Shown: positions 1 to 9,619, counted from the first letter of the stretch. The stretch: 33,824 bases of DNA from Rhodobiaceae bacterium (GCA_031375195.1 JANMHO010000082.1:1-33824), one strand, 5' to 3'. Translations and numbers: made by a program. The notes: generated by a model from the letters alone, not told the origin.

Positions 1-2
1 TG

Positions 3-827
3 GCTGAGGTTCTTGGCGTTCACATGCTGCGCTTTGACATGTCGGAATATATGGAGCGCCATTCGGTGTCGCGTCTCATCGGCGCGCCTCCCGGCTACGT
101 GGGTTTTGATCAGGGCGGCCTCTTGACCGATGGCATTGACCAGCATCCCCATTGCGTTCTGCTGCTCGATGAAATCGAAAAGGCCCATCCGGATCTGTTC
201 AACATCCTGTTGCAGGTCATGGATCACGGCAAGCTCACCGACCACAACGGCAAGTCAGTTGATTTCCGCAATGTGATTCTGGTGATGACCACGAACGCCG
301 GCGCGTCTGATATGGCCCGCTCGGCCATCGGTTTTGGCAATTCGGTTCGCGATGCCGATGATAACGAAGCGATCACCCGCATGTTCACGCCGGAGTTCCG
401 CAATCGTCTCGATGCCGTGATTGCCTTCAGCCACCTGCCGCCGGACATTGTCCGCAAGGTGGTGGAGAAGTTCATCCTCCAGCTCGAAGCGCAATTGTCC
501 GAGCGCCAGATCAACATAGAGCTTTCAACCGAGGCTGCCGATTGGCTGGCCAAGAAAGGCTACGACCAGCAGATGGGAGCGCGTCCGCTTGCCCGCGTCA
601 TTCAGGAGCACATCAAGAAGCCGCTGGCCGAAGAAGTGCTGTTCGGAAAGCTGGCCAAGGGCGGCACGGTTCGCATTCTCCTGAAGGGCGATGAACTGGC
701 CTTCCAGTATTTGGGACGGGACGAAGAAAAGAGCCTGCCAAAGCCACCAGAGCGGAAATCGCTGCCAAGGAACAAAAAGGTAGAAGCTAAGCCTGTGGCG
801 AAGAAAAAGCCCGCAAAAGTGAAGTAA
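3..827 (+). CDS. clpA: ATP-dependent Clp protease ATP-binding subunit ClpA, 3' part (truncated by window edge)
   Basis: Second AAA+ module motifs RFDMSEYMERHSVSRLIGAPPGYVGFDQGGLLT, Walker B LLLDEIEKAHPD, PEFRNRLDA, GARPL; frame open to the window start. Confidence 0.95.
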   Translation, partial: AEVLGVHMLRFDMSEYMERHSVSRLIGAPPGYVGFDQGGLLTDGIDQHPHCVLLLDEIEKAHPDLFNILLQVMDHGKLTDHNGKSVDFRNVILVMTTNAGASDMARSAIGFGNSVRDADDNEAITRMFTPEFRNRLDAVIAFSHLPPDIVRKVVEKFILQLEAQLSERQINIELSTEAADWLAKKGYDQQMGARPLARVIQEHIKKPLAEEVLFGKLAKGGTVRILLKGDELAFQYLGRDEEKSLPKPPERKSLPRNKKVEAKPVAKKKPAKVK

Positions 828-1227
828 TCAGTTCGGCGTGTTTTGCCAGCACCGCGTGGTCAGCCATTTTGCCGGTGTGCGGGCGGAGTGATTGTCCCTC
901 ACTCAGTGGCAGGATGTGGATGTGCAGGTGAAACACTGTCTGGCCCGCGGCTTCCTCGTTGTACTGGCGGATTTGAACGCCGCCTGCATTGAAGGCGGCC
1001 TTGGCGGCGCTGGCTACCTTCTGAACAGTCGCCATGAGTGAGGCCAAAGTTGGCACTTCCGCATCCAGCAGATTGCGCGATCCAACTTTCGGGATCACCA
1101 GGCAATGGCCGTCGACTTGCGGCATGACATCCATGAACGCCAGCGTATGTTCATCCTCGTAAATCTTGTGGCATGGAATTTCGCCGCGCAGGATCTTGGC
1201 GAAGATGTTGTTGGGATCGTAGGTCAT
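787..1227 (-). CDS. HIT family nucleotide hydrolase
   Basis: N-terminal NIFAKILRGEIPC and histidine triad QTVFHLHIHIL. Confidence 0.93.
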   Translation of the reverse strand: MTYDPNNIFAKILRGEIPCHKIYEDEHTLAFMDVMPQVDGHCLVIPKVGSRNLLDAEVPTLASLMATVQKVASAAKAAFNAGGVQIRQYNEEAAGQTVFHLHIHILPLSEGQSLRPHTGKMADHAVLAKHAELITSLLRAFSSPQA

Positions 1228-1241
1228 GGGCGGACTCCGGT

Positions 1242-2381
1242 TCAGTCCTCCACTTCATGCCGAAACGGCGAATGTTCTGCAAGCAGGGCCTGGTCGTGGT
1301 CGATAGAGTGGCGTTCCTGTTCCAGATATTCGCCCACAGCCCGGCCAAGTCCGGCGTGGGCGAAGTGGTGGAGGCTGTAGGTCTTGACTGGCAGATAGCC
1401 TCTGGCCAGCTTGTGCTGGCCCTGCGCGCCTGCTTCAACGCGCTTCAGTTTGTGAGTGATGGCGAATTCAATCGCCTGATAATAACAGGCTTCGAAATGC
1501 AAAAATTGGTGATTTTCGGTTGCGCCCCAATTGCGGCCATAGAGGGCATCGGTGCCGATGAAGTTGAGAGCGCCGGCTATCGTGCGGCCCCCGCGTTTGG
1601 CCAGGATTAGAAGGATGGATCGGGACATGTTCTCGCTGATCAGGCTGAAGAACTTCCGGGTCAGATAAGGCGATCCCCACTTCCGCGATCCGGTGTCCAT
1701 GTAGAACTCAAAGAAGGCGTCCCAGTGGTGTTCTCGCAAATCTTTCCCGGTCAGCCATTCGAAGCTTATACCGGCATCGCGGACGGCTTGACGTTCTTTG
1801 CGGATATTCTTGCGCTTGGGTGAAGACAAGCTGGCAAGGAAGTCGTCGAAATTCACATAACCTCGATTGTTCCAATGGAACTGGATATCCTGCCGTTGCA
1901 GCCATGATGCAGGATCGGCGCCAGTCCAATCCCTTTCAGGCAGGAAGGTAATGTGGACGGATGATGCGCTTGTTTGTTCGCAAAGTGCGACGAGGCCCTG
2001 CGCCAAAAGCTTTCGGGTGCCCGCCTTGGTTGCCAGCAATCGAGGGCCGGTGACGGGTGTGAAGGGTACGGAGGCTTGCAACTTCGGATAGTAGTTTCCA
2101 CCCGCGCGCTGGAAGGCTTGCGCCCAGCCGTGGTCGAAAACATATTCACCCTGGCTGTGGGACTTTAGATAACAGGGCGCGATGCCTTCGACCTCGCCAT
2201 GCTTGTTTTCGCAAACCACGTGCTGGCCGCGCCAGCCGGTTCTGGCGACAGCGGACCCGCTTTCCTCAACGGCGCGGAAAAATTCATGGGTGACGAACGG
2301 GTTATGGCCGGATGGGTTGGCGCAGGCATTCCACGCATTCGCCGGAATATCCAAGACACTGGCAACAGTCCGCAGTTTCAA
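1242..2381 (-). CDS. GNAT-fold FemAB-like protein (DUF482 type)
   Basis: YLKSHSQGEYVFDHGWA, YYPKLQASVPFTPVTGPRLL, LHFEACYYQAIEFAI, EAGAQGQHKLARGY. Confidence 0.9.
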   Translation of the reverse strand: MKLRTVASVLDIPANAWNACANPSGHNPFVTHEFFRAVEESGSAVARTGWRGQHVVCENKHGEVEGIAPCYLKSHSQGEYVFDHGWAQAFQRAGGNYYPKLQASVPFTPVTGPRLLATKAGTRKLLAQGLVALCEQTSASSVHITFLPERDWTGADPASWLQRQDIQFHWNNRGYVNFDDFLASLSSPKRKNIRKERQAVRDAGISFEWLTGKDLREHHWDAFFEFYMDTGSRKWGSPYLTRKFFSLISENMSRSILLILAKRGGRTIAGALNFIGTDALYGRNWGATENHQFLHFEACYYQAIEFAITHKLKRVEAGAQGQHKLARGYLPVKTYSLHHFAHAGLGRAVGEYLEQERHSIDHDQALLAEHSPFRHEVED

Positions 2382-3136
2382 GGCGTGTAGCCCTCAAATG
2401 TCACTTGGTCACAGTAGCGCAATGCCCTTGAAGCAGCCTCCTTGGAGCGCAGCGTCCACGTGATTATGGGATGGCCGCGTTGGCGGATTTCAGTGATGGG
2501 CTCAAACGGCAGGTGGCGCCAATCATAAGAGACGAAGTGGGGTTGCGTGCGGTCAATATGGGCGAGGCCTCGCATTTCAACACGGCGGCCGAGGGGGAGA
2601 AAATTGTACTGGGGATGGGTTGCGCGATCAGCCACGATGCCGCGCACAGTGGTGGGTGAGAGTTCGCGCAGAACCGTCAAAATGTCTGGATCAAACGACA
2701 TCAGGCCGTAGGGCCCATCATACGCGCGCAAAACTTCCAATGCGCGTGTCGCCAATGCGCTATCGCCATCCCATTGGGTTTTCAGTTCGATGACAAGGGC
2801 GCAACGGCCGTCCACTTGCTCAAGCAAATCACCCAGAGTTTGCATACGGTCTGATGTCGATTTGAACCTTATGCCCTGCAGGATGCGGGCATTGAAATCC
2901 TTCACGCGGCCCGTGGATTCCGTGAGCCGCTCCAATGTATCGTCATGGAAAACCATGGCTTCCCTGTCGGCTGAAAGCTGGAGGTCGCATTCTATCGCAT
3001 ATCCGTGCCTGATTGCGGCGGCAAAGGCGCTTTCGGTGTTCTCGATTATGCCTTTGGCGTTGTCATGCAATCCGCGGTGGGAAATTGCGCGTGCAACCAG
3101 CCAACTCAACTCCCGTATTTGGGGCGTGAAACGCAT
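2378..3136 (-). CDS. Glycerophosphodiester phosphodiesterase family protein
   Basis: HRGLH...ENT..AF, IECDLQLSAD, VFHDDTLERLT, IELK, WT motifs; 4-bp overlap with downstream gene. Confidence 0.9.
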   Translation of the reverse strand: MRFTPQIRELSWLVARAISHRGLHDNAKGIIENTESAFAAAIRHGYAIECDLQLSADREAMVFHDDTLERLTESTGRVKDFNARILQGIRFKSTSDRMQTLGDLLEQVDGRCALVIELKTQWDGDSALATRALEVLRAYDGPYGLMSFDPDILTVLRELSPTTVRGIVADRATHPQYNFLPLGRRVEMRGLAHIDRTQPHFVSYDWRHLPFEPITEIRQRGHPIITWTLRSKEAASRALRYCDQVTFEGYTP

Positions 3137-3140
3137 TCAC

Positions 3141-3605
3141 CTACTCGACCTCGACGATGGCTTCAACCTCGACTGACAAATTGAAAGGCAGGGAAGGCGC
3201 GCCGACAGCAGAGCGGGCATGCCGGCCCTTGTCGCCGAACACCTCCACGAAAAGATCGGAAGCGCCATTGATGATTTTCGGATGGTCGCCAAAGGTCGGC
3301 GTGCAATTGACGAGACCCAAGAGCTTTACGAAGCGTTTTACCCGGTCCAGATCGCCGTCGCAGGCGTCGCGCAGATGGGCGATGATGTTGATTGCTGTCA
3401 GACGGGCAGAGGCAACGCCGTCCTCAATGGAAAGCGTGTCGCCCAGTTTTCCGGCATATTCAATCTTGCCGTCGCGAACAGCGCCCTGGCCCGAGATGAA
3501 AACAAGGCTCCCAGTTCTTACCCAGGGCACATAATTTGCTATGGGCTTGGCCGGTGTGGGGAGAACAATTCCCAGCTCACTTAATCTCAGATCAATTTTT
3601 CCCAT
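3141..3605 (-). CDS. RidA/YjgF family protein
   Basis: ANYVP, LVFISGQ, NGASDLFVEVFGDKGRHARSAVG, LP...VEVEAIVE. Confidence 0.92.
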   Translation of the reverse strand: MGKIDLRLSELGIVLPTPAKPIANYVPWVRTGSLVFISGQGAVRDGKIEYAGKLGDTLSIEDGVASARLTAINIIAHLRDACDGDLDRVKRFVKLLGLVNCTPTFGDHPKIINGASDLFVEVFGDKGRHARSAVGAPSLPFNLSVEVEAIVEVE

Positions 3606-3606
3606 T

Positions 3607-4575
3607 TTAATTTCCTGTCATTAGATCGCGGGGCTTGTTGCCTTTGAAAAACGCTTCGAGGTTGTCTACGGCCCGCATTCCCATGGCAATGCGGGTATTT
3701 TTTGTGGCGCTGCCAAGATGCGGCAGCATGAAGATGTTATCCAGTTCGCGATAGCGCGGATCGATGTTTGGCTCGCCTTTGAACACGTCAAGGCCGGCGG
3801 CTGCAAGTTTCCCCGATTTCAGGCCCGCGATAAGGGCGTCGTCATCAACAATATCGCCCCGGGCGGAATTCACCACAATGGCCCCTTGGGGCAGCAGTCC
3901 CAGCGCCCTGGAATCAATGATGCCGCGCGTGTCAGGCGTCGATGCGCAGTTGATGGAAATAAAATCACAGTGGGGCAGCATGTCATCAAGCTTGGCATGA
4001 TAGGCGGCGCCATGCTCAAGAGCAGGATCCACACGTTTGCGATTGTGATAATGCAGTTCCATGTTGAAGGCCGCCGCCCGTTTTGCGACCGCTTGGCCAA
4101 TTCGACCCATGCCGAGGATGCCTAGTCTCCTGCCGCTCACATCAAGCCCCAGGGGTGTTACCATTGAAGGTGGAGGCCATTTGTTGCCCTTCACCATCTG
4201 GTGGCCCCAGACGGCGCCGCGCGCGGCTCCCAGCATGAGAAGCAGGGCAATGTCGGCGGTGGCGTCAGTCAACACGTCTGGTGTATTGGATACCGCGATG
4301 TTCTTTGCCTTGGCAGCGGAAAAATCAATATGGTCCACACCCACCGAAACTGTCGCGATCATGCGGATGGACGCTGGCAGGCTTTCAATGACACCATCAC
4401 GAAACTTGTCCAATGAGGCGATGAGCAGGGCGTCAAAGTCCTTCGCCTTTTTGGCAATCTCCGCAGAACCCATGCCCCTGTCGTCGGCGTTCAGCGTCAC
4501 CGTGAAATCCCGCGCCAAGCGCCCTTCCACTTCGTCGGGAAGCTTGCGGGTCACAAGAATTCTTGCTTTTGCCAT
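3607..4575 (-). CDS. D-isomer-specific 2-hydroxyacid (D-glycerate/glyoxylate) dehydrogenase
   Basis: NTPDVLTDATAD, Rossmann GILGMGRIG, VNSARG, AGLDVF..EP, LPHLGSAT. Confidence 0.93.
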   Translation of the reverse strand: MAKARILVTRKLPDEVEGRLARDFTVTLNADDRGMGSAEIAKKAKDFDALLIASLDKFRDGVIESLPASIRMIATVSVGVDHIDFSAAKAKNIAVSNTPDVLTDATADIALLLMLGAARGAVWGHQMVKGNKWPPPSMVTPLGLDVSGRRLGILGMGRIGQAVAKRAAAFNMELHYHNRKRVDPALEHGAAYHAKLDDMLPHCDFISINCASTPDTRGIIDSRALGLLPQGAIVVNSARGDIVDDDALIAGLKSGKLAAAGLDVFKGEPNIDPRYRELDNIFMLPHLGSATKNTRIAMGMRAVDNLEAFFKGNKPRDLMTGN

Positions 4576-4666
4576 TGTTGTAGCCTTCTCTATGCCTTAA
4601 CCTAAATGCTATCAAATCAAGTTGATTTGCAAGGCAATGGACCACTACAGCGACGGAGATTCAAGG

Positions 4667-5482
4667 GTGTTGAGAAGAGTTCTATTATTTGCAGGTTTGT
4701 TGACATTCAGCAATGCCGCGATGGCTGCGGCAGTTGTGCCCCACCGGGCCGTTTATGATTTGAAGCTTCTGCGCTCCAGCCAGGGGGCCGCGATTGGGGC
4801 CGTTTCAGGACTAATGGCCTATGAAGTGTCTGGCAGCGAGTGCGATGGCTGGACCGTGAACTTTCGCCTGGTGAACCAGTTCGACTACAAGGAAGGCAAT
4901 TCACGGCTTATTGATTCGCAGTCATCGTCCTGGGAAACTGGCGACGGCTTGACCATGAATTACAGCCAGAAGGAATTTGTGGACAGCAAGCAGGAAAGCG
5001 AGAAGCGATTGAGTGTGACCCGCTCCGAAAGGGACGGTCCGGGCGAGGGCGTTATCAATTTGCCGGCCGTGAAGAATTTTACAATTGCGCCAGAAACCAT
5101 ATTTCCCATGCGCCATCAGCTGCGCCTGATGGAGGCGGCGGAAAAGGGCGAGGTGCGCGATACGTCGCTGGTCTATGATGGCTCTGATGAAGACAAGACG
5201 GTGCGGGCGATCAGCTCCATCGGCAAAAAGGTCAATGCGGGAGAGAGCAAAGAAGATGCCGCAAATCAAGCCGCCGCAGCGCTTCAAGCAATGCCATCGT
5301 GGCCGGTTAGCATTGGTTATTACTCGACAGATGATGCCAATGTTGAAACACCGATCTATGAGATCAGTTTTGATATGTACCAAAATGGCGTTTCCACTGG
5401 ACTGGTCATGGATTACGGCGAATTCGCGCTTGAAGGCAAGCTGAAGAATCTCAAAATGTTCAAGGTCGAAACCTGTCAATAG
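4667..5482 (+). CDS. eipB: Periplasmic cell envelope integrity protein EipB (DUF1849)
   Basis: Signal peptide then PHRAVYDLKL, GSECDGW, FP..H, WPVSIGYY, NGVS..LVMDYGEF, C-terminal Cys; GTG start chosen behind GGAG (4655-4658). Confidence 0.85.
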   Translation: MLRRVLLFAGLLTFSNAAMAAAVVPHRAVYDLKLLRSSQGAAIGAVSGLMAYEVSGSECDGWTVNFRLVNQFDYKEGNSRLIDSQSSSWETGDGLTMNYSQKEFVDSKQESEKRLSVTRSERDGPGEGVINLPAVKNFTIAPETIFPMRHQLRLMEAAEKGEVRDTSLVYDGSDEDKTVRAISSIGKKVNAGESKEDAANQAAAALQAMPSWPVSIGYYSTDDANVETPIYEISFDMYQNGVSTGLVMDYGEFALEGKLKNLKMFKVETCQ

Positions 5483-5492
5483 GTTCTAACTG

Positions 5493-6197
5493 ATGGCCAA
5501 GCCACCAAATTCATTGCCTGAAAAGAGCGAGGGCGATGTTTCGGCCTTTCTGGAAAAGGTGCGCGGGCTGCCGCCTGTCTCTAAAACCGGCGACCGGGGC
5601 AAGCTGATTTTTGCCATGGATGCGACCATGAGCAGGCAACCGAGCTGGGACCGGGCAATGTCCATTCAATCCGAGATGTTTGCAGAGACGGCTCGGATTG
5701 GCGGGCTGGATGTGCAACTTGTTTATTTCAGGGGCTTTGATGAATGCCGCGCTTCAAAGTGGGTGAGCCAGCCCAAAGCGCTGGCAAAACTCATGACCAC
5801 TGTGGATTGCCGGGGCGGTCATACGCAGATCGGGAGGACACTGGCGCACATCAAGAAAGAGATAAGTTCCATCAAGGTGAATGCGGTGGTTTATGTGGGC
5901 GATGCGATGGAGGAAAACATTGATGCCTTGTGCCAGGCGGCGGGTGAAATCGGCTTGCAGGGGACACCAATCTTCATGTTTCAAGATGGAAATGACGGCG
6001 TGGCCGAACGAGCCTTTCGTGAAATCGCCAAGCTCAGCCGCGGAGCCTATTTCAAACTCAATGAGGGTTCTGCGCACATGCTGCGCGAATTGCTGTCGGC
6101 CGTGGCGGTCTATGCGGCTGGCGGCAGAACGGCGCTTGAGAACCATGCAAAAAGCAAGGGCGGTGGTTCCGATTTGTTGCTAAAGCAGCTCAAGTAG
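5493..6197 (+). CDS. VWA domain-containing protein
   Basis: LIFAMDATMSR (MIDAS-like DxTxS), GGHTQI, VYVGDAMEE, IAKLSRGAYF. Confidence 0.85.
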   Translation: MAKPPNSLPEKSEGDVSAFLEKVRGLPPVSKTGDRGKLIFAMDATMSRQPSWDRAMSIQSEMFAETARIGGLDVQLVYFRGFDECRASKWVSQPKALAKLMTTVDCRGGHTQIGRTLAHIKKEISSIKVNAVVYVGDAMEENIDALCQAAGEIGLQGTPIFMFQDGNDGVAERAFREIAKLSRGAYFKLNEGSAHMLRELLSAVAVYAAGGRTALENHAKSKGGGSDLLLKQLK

Positions 6198-6204
6198 GAA
6201 AGAC

Positions 6205-6900
6205 ATGCCCAGTTTCATTATCGCGCTTGTTATTGTTTTTGGCGGCCTGTGGCTGATCAGGACTTTTGCCCGTGCAACCCCGGCGCAATCAAAAGGCCTT
6301 TCCAAAAAACTGGCGGGTGGTGCGCTGATTGTCGTCTCCGCTGTTTTGGCGCTAACCGGCAAAGCGCAGTTCGCCGCGCCGCTGTTTGCCATCGGGCTTG
6401 CACTGATTGGCCATGCCTCTGCTTTTCCAAATGGGTTTCCCTGGGCGAGCAAATCTGCTGGGCAAAAATCCAGGGTGGCAACCTCCATTCTGGCCATGGA
6501 ACTCGATCATGACTCAGGTAAAATGTCGGGGCTGGTCCTGTCCGGGCCATTCAAGAACACCAGACTTGAGGACATGAACCTCGACAATTTGCGCGCACTC
6601 TACACGCAATGCGCGGGTGTGTCTGATCAGAGTCTTTCACTTCTCGAGGCGTGGCTTGATCGTCATAAGCCCGAGTGGCGCGATATTTGGAAAGGTGAGC
6701 AGCGGGCACCCAATTTTGGCGCGAGCGCCATGTCAGTTGACGAGGCGCTGGCGGTTTTGGGGTTGAAGGCCGGGGCAACACCGGAGGACGTAAAAAATGC
6801 CCACCGCCGCCTGATGAAAGAATTCCATCCTGATCGTGGTGGCTCTGATTATCTGGCAACCAAGATCAATCAAGCCAAGGAAATGCTCACTCACGACTGA
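6205..6900 (+). CDS. Membrane-anchored protein with C-terminal J-domain (Tim14/Pam18-like)
   Basis: Hydrophobic N-terminal segments; C-terminal MSVDEALAVLGL...HRRLMKEFHPDRGGSDYLATKINQAK with HPD motif. Confidence 0.88.
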   Translation: MPSFIIALVIVFGGLWLIRTFARATPAQSKGLSKKLAGGALIVVSAVLALTGKAQFAAPLFAIGLALIGHASAFPNGFPWASKSAGQKSRVATSILAMELDHDSGKMSGLVLSGPFKNTRLEDMNLDNLRALYTQCAGVSDQSLSLLEAWLDRHKPEWRDIWKGEQRAPNFGASAMSVDEALAVLGLKAGATPEDVKNAHRRLMKEFHPDRGGSDYLATKINQAKEMLTHD

Positions 6901-8195
6901 GGTGAAAGGGTCACGCATTCCAGCCCTTTTTTTGAGAGCTTCGAACAGGCGGCCTTGGCGGTTTTCTGGGTGAAGCCGGAAAAATGGGCGCGGAATATGG
7001 TTTCCTTGCCTTTTTGCACCTCTACGGTGAAGGCTTGCTTGCCACTCAGAAAGCTGTACCCGGAGGCACGAATTTCCTGCAGTTTCAGGCGGGCTTCTTC
7101 CTTTTTTGGGTAGGCCCCAATTTGTATTTTCCACGTCGGATCAATAGGCGCAACAGTGGCTTCGGCAGACTCATTTTTGACGGCGAACGGCAGCTTGGCG
7201 GGAAGGGCAGCGCCAGCGTTAGCAGTCTTCACCGGCTTGTCTGTTGGTTCAGCAACCAGGTCTTCAATCTTTGCCTCCAAAACCTTGGTCTCAAGCGGCC
7301 CGTCGGTAACCGCAGTCTTGGCAGGTGTTCTCAATTTGGCGAGCGGGTCAATTGCACCTTTCGATGATCCTGCCAGCGCCGCAATGGTGGCTCCTTCGAC
7401 ACATTTGGGGAAAGCCTTCTCCAGCATGTTCATCATGTATTTGTTGCGGGCATTGCCGGAACTGGAGCCGAGGACAACGCCGACAATCCGCTTATTGCCA
7501 CGCTTTGCCGAAGTTGTAAGATTGAATCCAGACGCTGCAATATAGCCCGTCTTGATGCCATCAGTCCCCTGAAAGCGCCCAAGCAACCGGTTGTGAGTCC
7601 GCATTGTCTGTCCCTTGTAGGTGAATGAGGTAATGCGGAAATAGGGGTAATATTCCGGAAAATCCCTTTGGATCCGTAAGCTCAATGTGGCCATGTCGCG
7701 GGCGGTGGTCACTTGCGCCGGATTGGGAAGGCCTGAAGCATTCTTGAAGGTGGTTTTCGACATGCCAATCTCGCGGGCCGTCTTTGTCATGCGGACAGCA
7801 AAATTAGCTTCGCTGCCGGCGAGGTTCTCTCCGATTGCGGCAGCCACGTCATTGGCGGATTTTGTTACGAGCGCCTTGATGGCATTTTCGACAGAAATGG
7901 TAGAACCCGGTTTCAGGCCAATTTTGGAGGGCGCCATGGCGGCGGCGCGGCGGGAAACGATGAGATCCGTATTGAGCTTGATCGTGCGGGATTTGAGATC
8001 TTCGAATAGCAGGTAAAGCGTCATGACTTTCGTGAGTGAAGCGGGATGGCGGACTTCGTCTGCGCCATTCGCATAGAGAATCTTGCCGGTTCGGGCATCA
8101 ATGGCAATTGCCGAAAACCCGGGTTTGGCCTCTGCCAAACCGGGGATTCCAAAGACTAGAATGCAGGCCAGCAGCAACATCATGATGCGGGTCAA
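6891..8195 (-). CDS. D-alanyl-D-alanine carboxypeptidase (peptidase S11) with C-terminal SPOR domain
   Basis: SxxK (HPASLTK), SAN and KTG motifs; C-terminal WKIQIGAY...AKAACSKL; start uncertain (TTG 8195, or ATG 8183/8243). Confidence 0.9.
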   Translation of the reverse strand: MTRIMMLLLACILVFGIPGLAEAKPGFSAIAIDARTGKILYANGADEVRHPASLTKVMTLYLLFEDLKSRTIKLNTDLIVSRRAAAMAPSKIGLKPGSTISVENAIKALVTKSANDVAAAIGENLAGSEANFAVRMTKTAREIGMSKTTFKNASGLPNPAQVTTARDMATLSLRIQRDFPEYYPYFRITSFTYKGQTMRTHNRLLGRFQGTDGIKTGYIAASGFNLTTSAKRGNKRIVGVVLGSSSGNARNKYMMNMLEKAFPKCVEGATIAALAGSSKGAIDPLAKLRTPAKTAVTDGPLETKVLEAKIEDLVAEPTDKPVKTANAGAALPAKLPFAVKNESAEATVAPIDPTWKIQIGAYPKKEEARLKLQEIRASGYSFLSGKQAFTVEVQKGKETIFRAHFSGFTQKTAKAACSKLSKKGLECVTLSPQS

Positions 8196-8351
8196 CGTGC
8201 CGCCATAGGCTTCGCGCGGCTTTCTTAAGTCGGCAAAATTCATTTCAGTTACACCAAATCGATCCTGATACCGGTCGGCTAACCTATCGGTTTTAGCCTT
8301 ACTAACGGGTAAATTCGTGATGCGCACCAACTGAATTTAACTTTTTTATGT

Positions 8352-8396
8352 TGCAGTGCAAAATAAACTTGACATTAATGGTGCGGCGCACATATA
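8352..8396 (+). promoter_or_regulatory. sigma70-type promoter of the phasin gene with two PhaR-type TGC-N3-GCA boxes
   Basis: CTTGAC(8368-8373)-N17-CATATA(8391-8396); TGCAGTGCA 8352-8360 and TGCGGCGCA 8382-8390. Confidence 0.75.
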
Positions 8397-8438
8397 AGAG
8401 ATCAATCAGTAAACAACTGAGATCAATTGGAGAGAATT

Positions 8439-8783
8439 ATGAACAAGTCATTTGAGGATTTTCAAGCTATGGGTAAAGACGGTTATGAAGCGTACGTTGC
8501 CTCAGCTACTGCATTGACCAAGGGTCTGCAGGGCATTGCGCAGGAAGTCACTGATTTTTCACGTAAATCCTTTGAAAAAGGCACCGAAGTAGTTGAACGC
8601 GCAACTGCGACAAAGTCCATCGAGAAGGCTTTTGAGGTCCAGCAGGGCTATGCCAAGGAAGCTTATGAAGCTTTCGTGGCGCAGGCCACCAAGATGAACG
8701 AACTTTATGTTGCCACCGCCAAGGAGGCCTTCAAGCCTTTCGAGGCCAGCTTCGCTGCGTTTGGCGTAAAAGCACCCAAGTAA
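8439..8783 (+). CDS. Phasin family protein (PHA granule-associated)
   Basis: Ala/Lys/Glu-rich helical protein (KGLQGIAQEVTDFSRKSFE...KSIEKAFEVQQGYAKEAYEAFVAQATKMNELY); GGAGA RBS; PhaR-type boxes upstream. Confidence 0.9.
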   Translation: MNKSFEDFQAMGKDGYEAYVASATALTKGLQGIAQEVTDFSRKSFEKGTEVVERATATKSIEKAFEVQQGYAKEAYEAFVAQATKMNELYVATAKEAFKPFEASFAAFGVKAPK

Positions 8784-8801
8784 TTCCCTACACTCCCCTG
8801 C

Positions 8802-8831
8802 AGAACCCGCCGACTTAGTCGGCGGGTTTTT
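8802..8831 (+). terminator. Rho-independent terminator between convergent phasin and xth
   Basis: AACCCGCCGAC-TTA-GTCGGCGGGTT perfect 11-bp stem ending in a T run. Confidence 0.9.
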
Positions 8832-9611
8832 CTATATCTCGATCACGAGGGGCACGTGGTCTGAAGGTTTTTCCCAGCCGCGCACGTGTTTTTCGATATG
8901 GGCTGACATGAGTTTGTCAGCGGCCTGTGGTGACAGCATCATATGGTCAATGCGAATGCCATTGCCGCGCTGCCAGGCGCCGGCCTGATAGTCAAAAAAA
9001 GTATATTGGTTGGCGGTCGTGGGATGCAAGGAGCGGAATGCATCGGTCAATCCCAAAGCCGCTTGTTCCTGAAATTTTAATCGGGTGGCAGGCAGAAAAA
9101 GCGCGTCATTCACCCATTGGCTGGGTGTCTTGGCATCAATCGCAGCGGGGATGACATTATAGTCGCCAGCCAAAATCAATGGCTCCTCAAGTTTCATCAG
9201 CGCGCGGGCATGGTCTGTCAAACGGTCAAGCCAAGACAACTTATAGGGATATTTGTCTGAGTTCACCGGATTGCCATTTGGCAGATAGATAGAGGCGATG
9301 GTTGGATTGTTCTTGCCGTCAATCACCGTTGCCTGGATGTAGCGCGCCTGTTCATCGCTGCTGCTGCCTGGCAATCCGCGAATGACATTTTCGAGCGGAA
9401 ATTTGGAGAGTATGGCGACGCCGTTATAGGTCTTCTGGCCATGCACCGCGGCAGTGTAATTCAAGTCCGCAAAAACCGAAGTCGGGAAATTTTGGTCTTC
9501 GCATTTGATTTCTTGCAGACAAACCACATCAGGCATTGCTTCGCTTAGCCAGCGGGTTACGACATCCAAATGGGCCTTGACCGAGTTAACATTCCATGTG
9601 GCAACCCGCAT
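8832..9611 (-). CDS. xth: Exodeoxyribonuclease III
   Basis: MRVATWNVNS, LQEIK, YNGVAILS, GDYNV, GIRIDH, SDHVP. Confidence 0.95.
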   Translation of the reverse strand: MRVATWNVNSVKAHLDVVTRWLSEAMPDVVCLQEIKCEDQNFPTSVFADLNYTAAVHGQKTYNGVAILSKFPLENVIRGLPGSSSDEQARYIQATVIDGKNNPTIASIYLPNGNPVNSDKYPYKLSWLDRLTDHARALMKLEEPLILAGDYNVIPAAIDAKTPSQWVNDALFLPATRLKFQEQAALGLTDAFRSLHPTTANQYTFFDYQAGAWQRGNGIRIDHMMLSPQAADKLMSAHIEKHVRGWEKPSDHVPLVIEI

Positions 9612-9619
9612 CGCGTTCC

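Noticed and set aside
4590-4625. CtrA box upstream of eipB (TTAACCTAAAT)
   Set aside because: Only a half-site; second half absent
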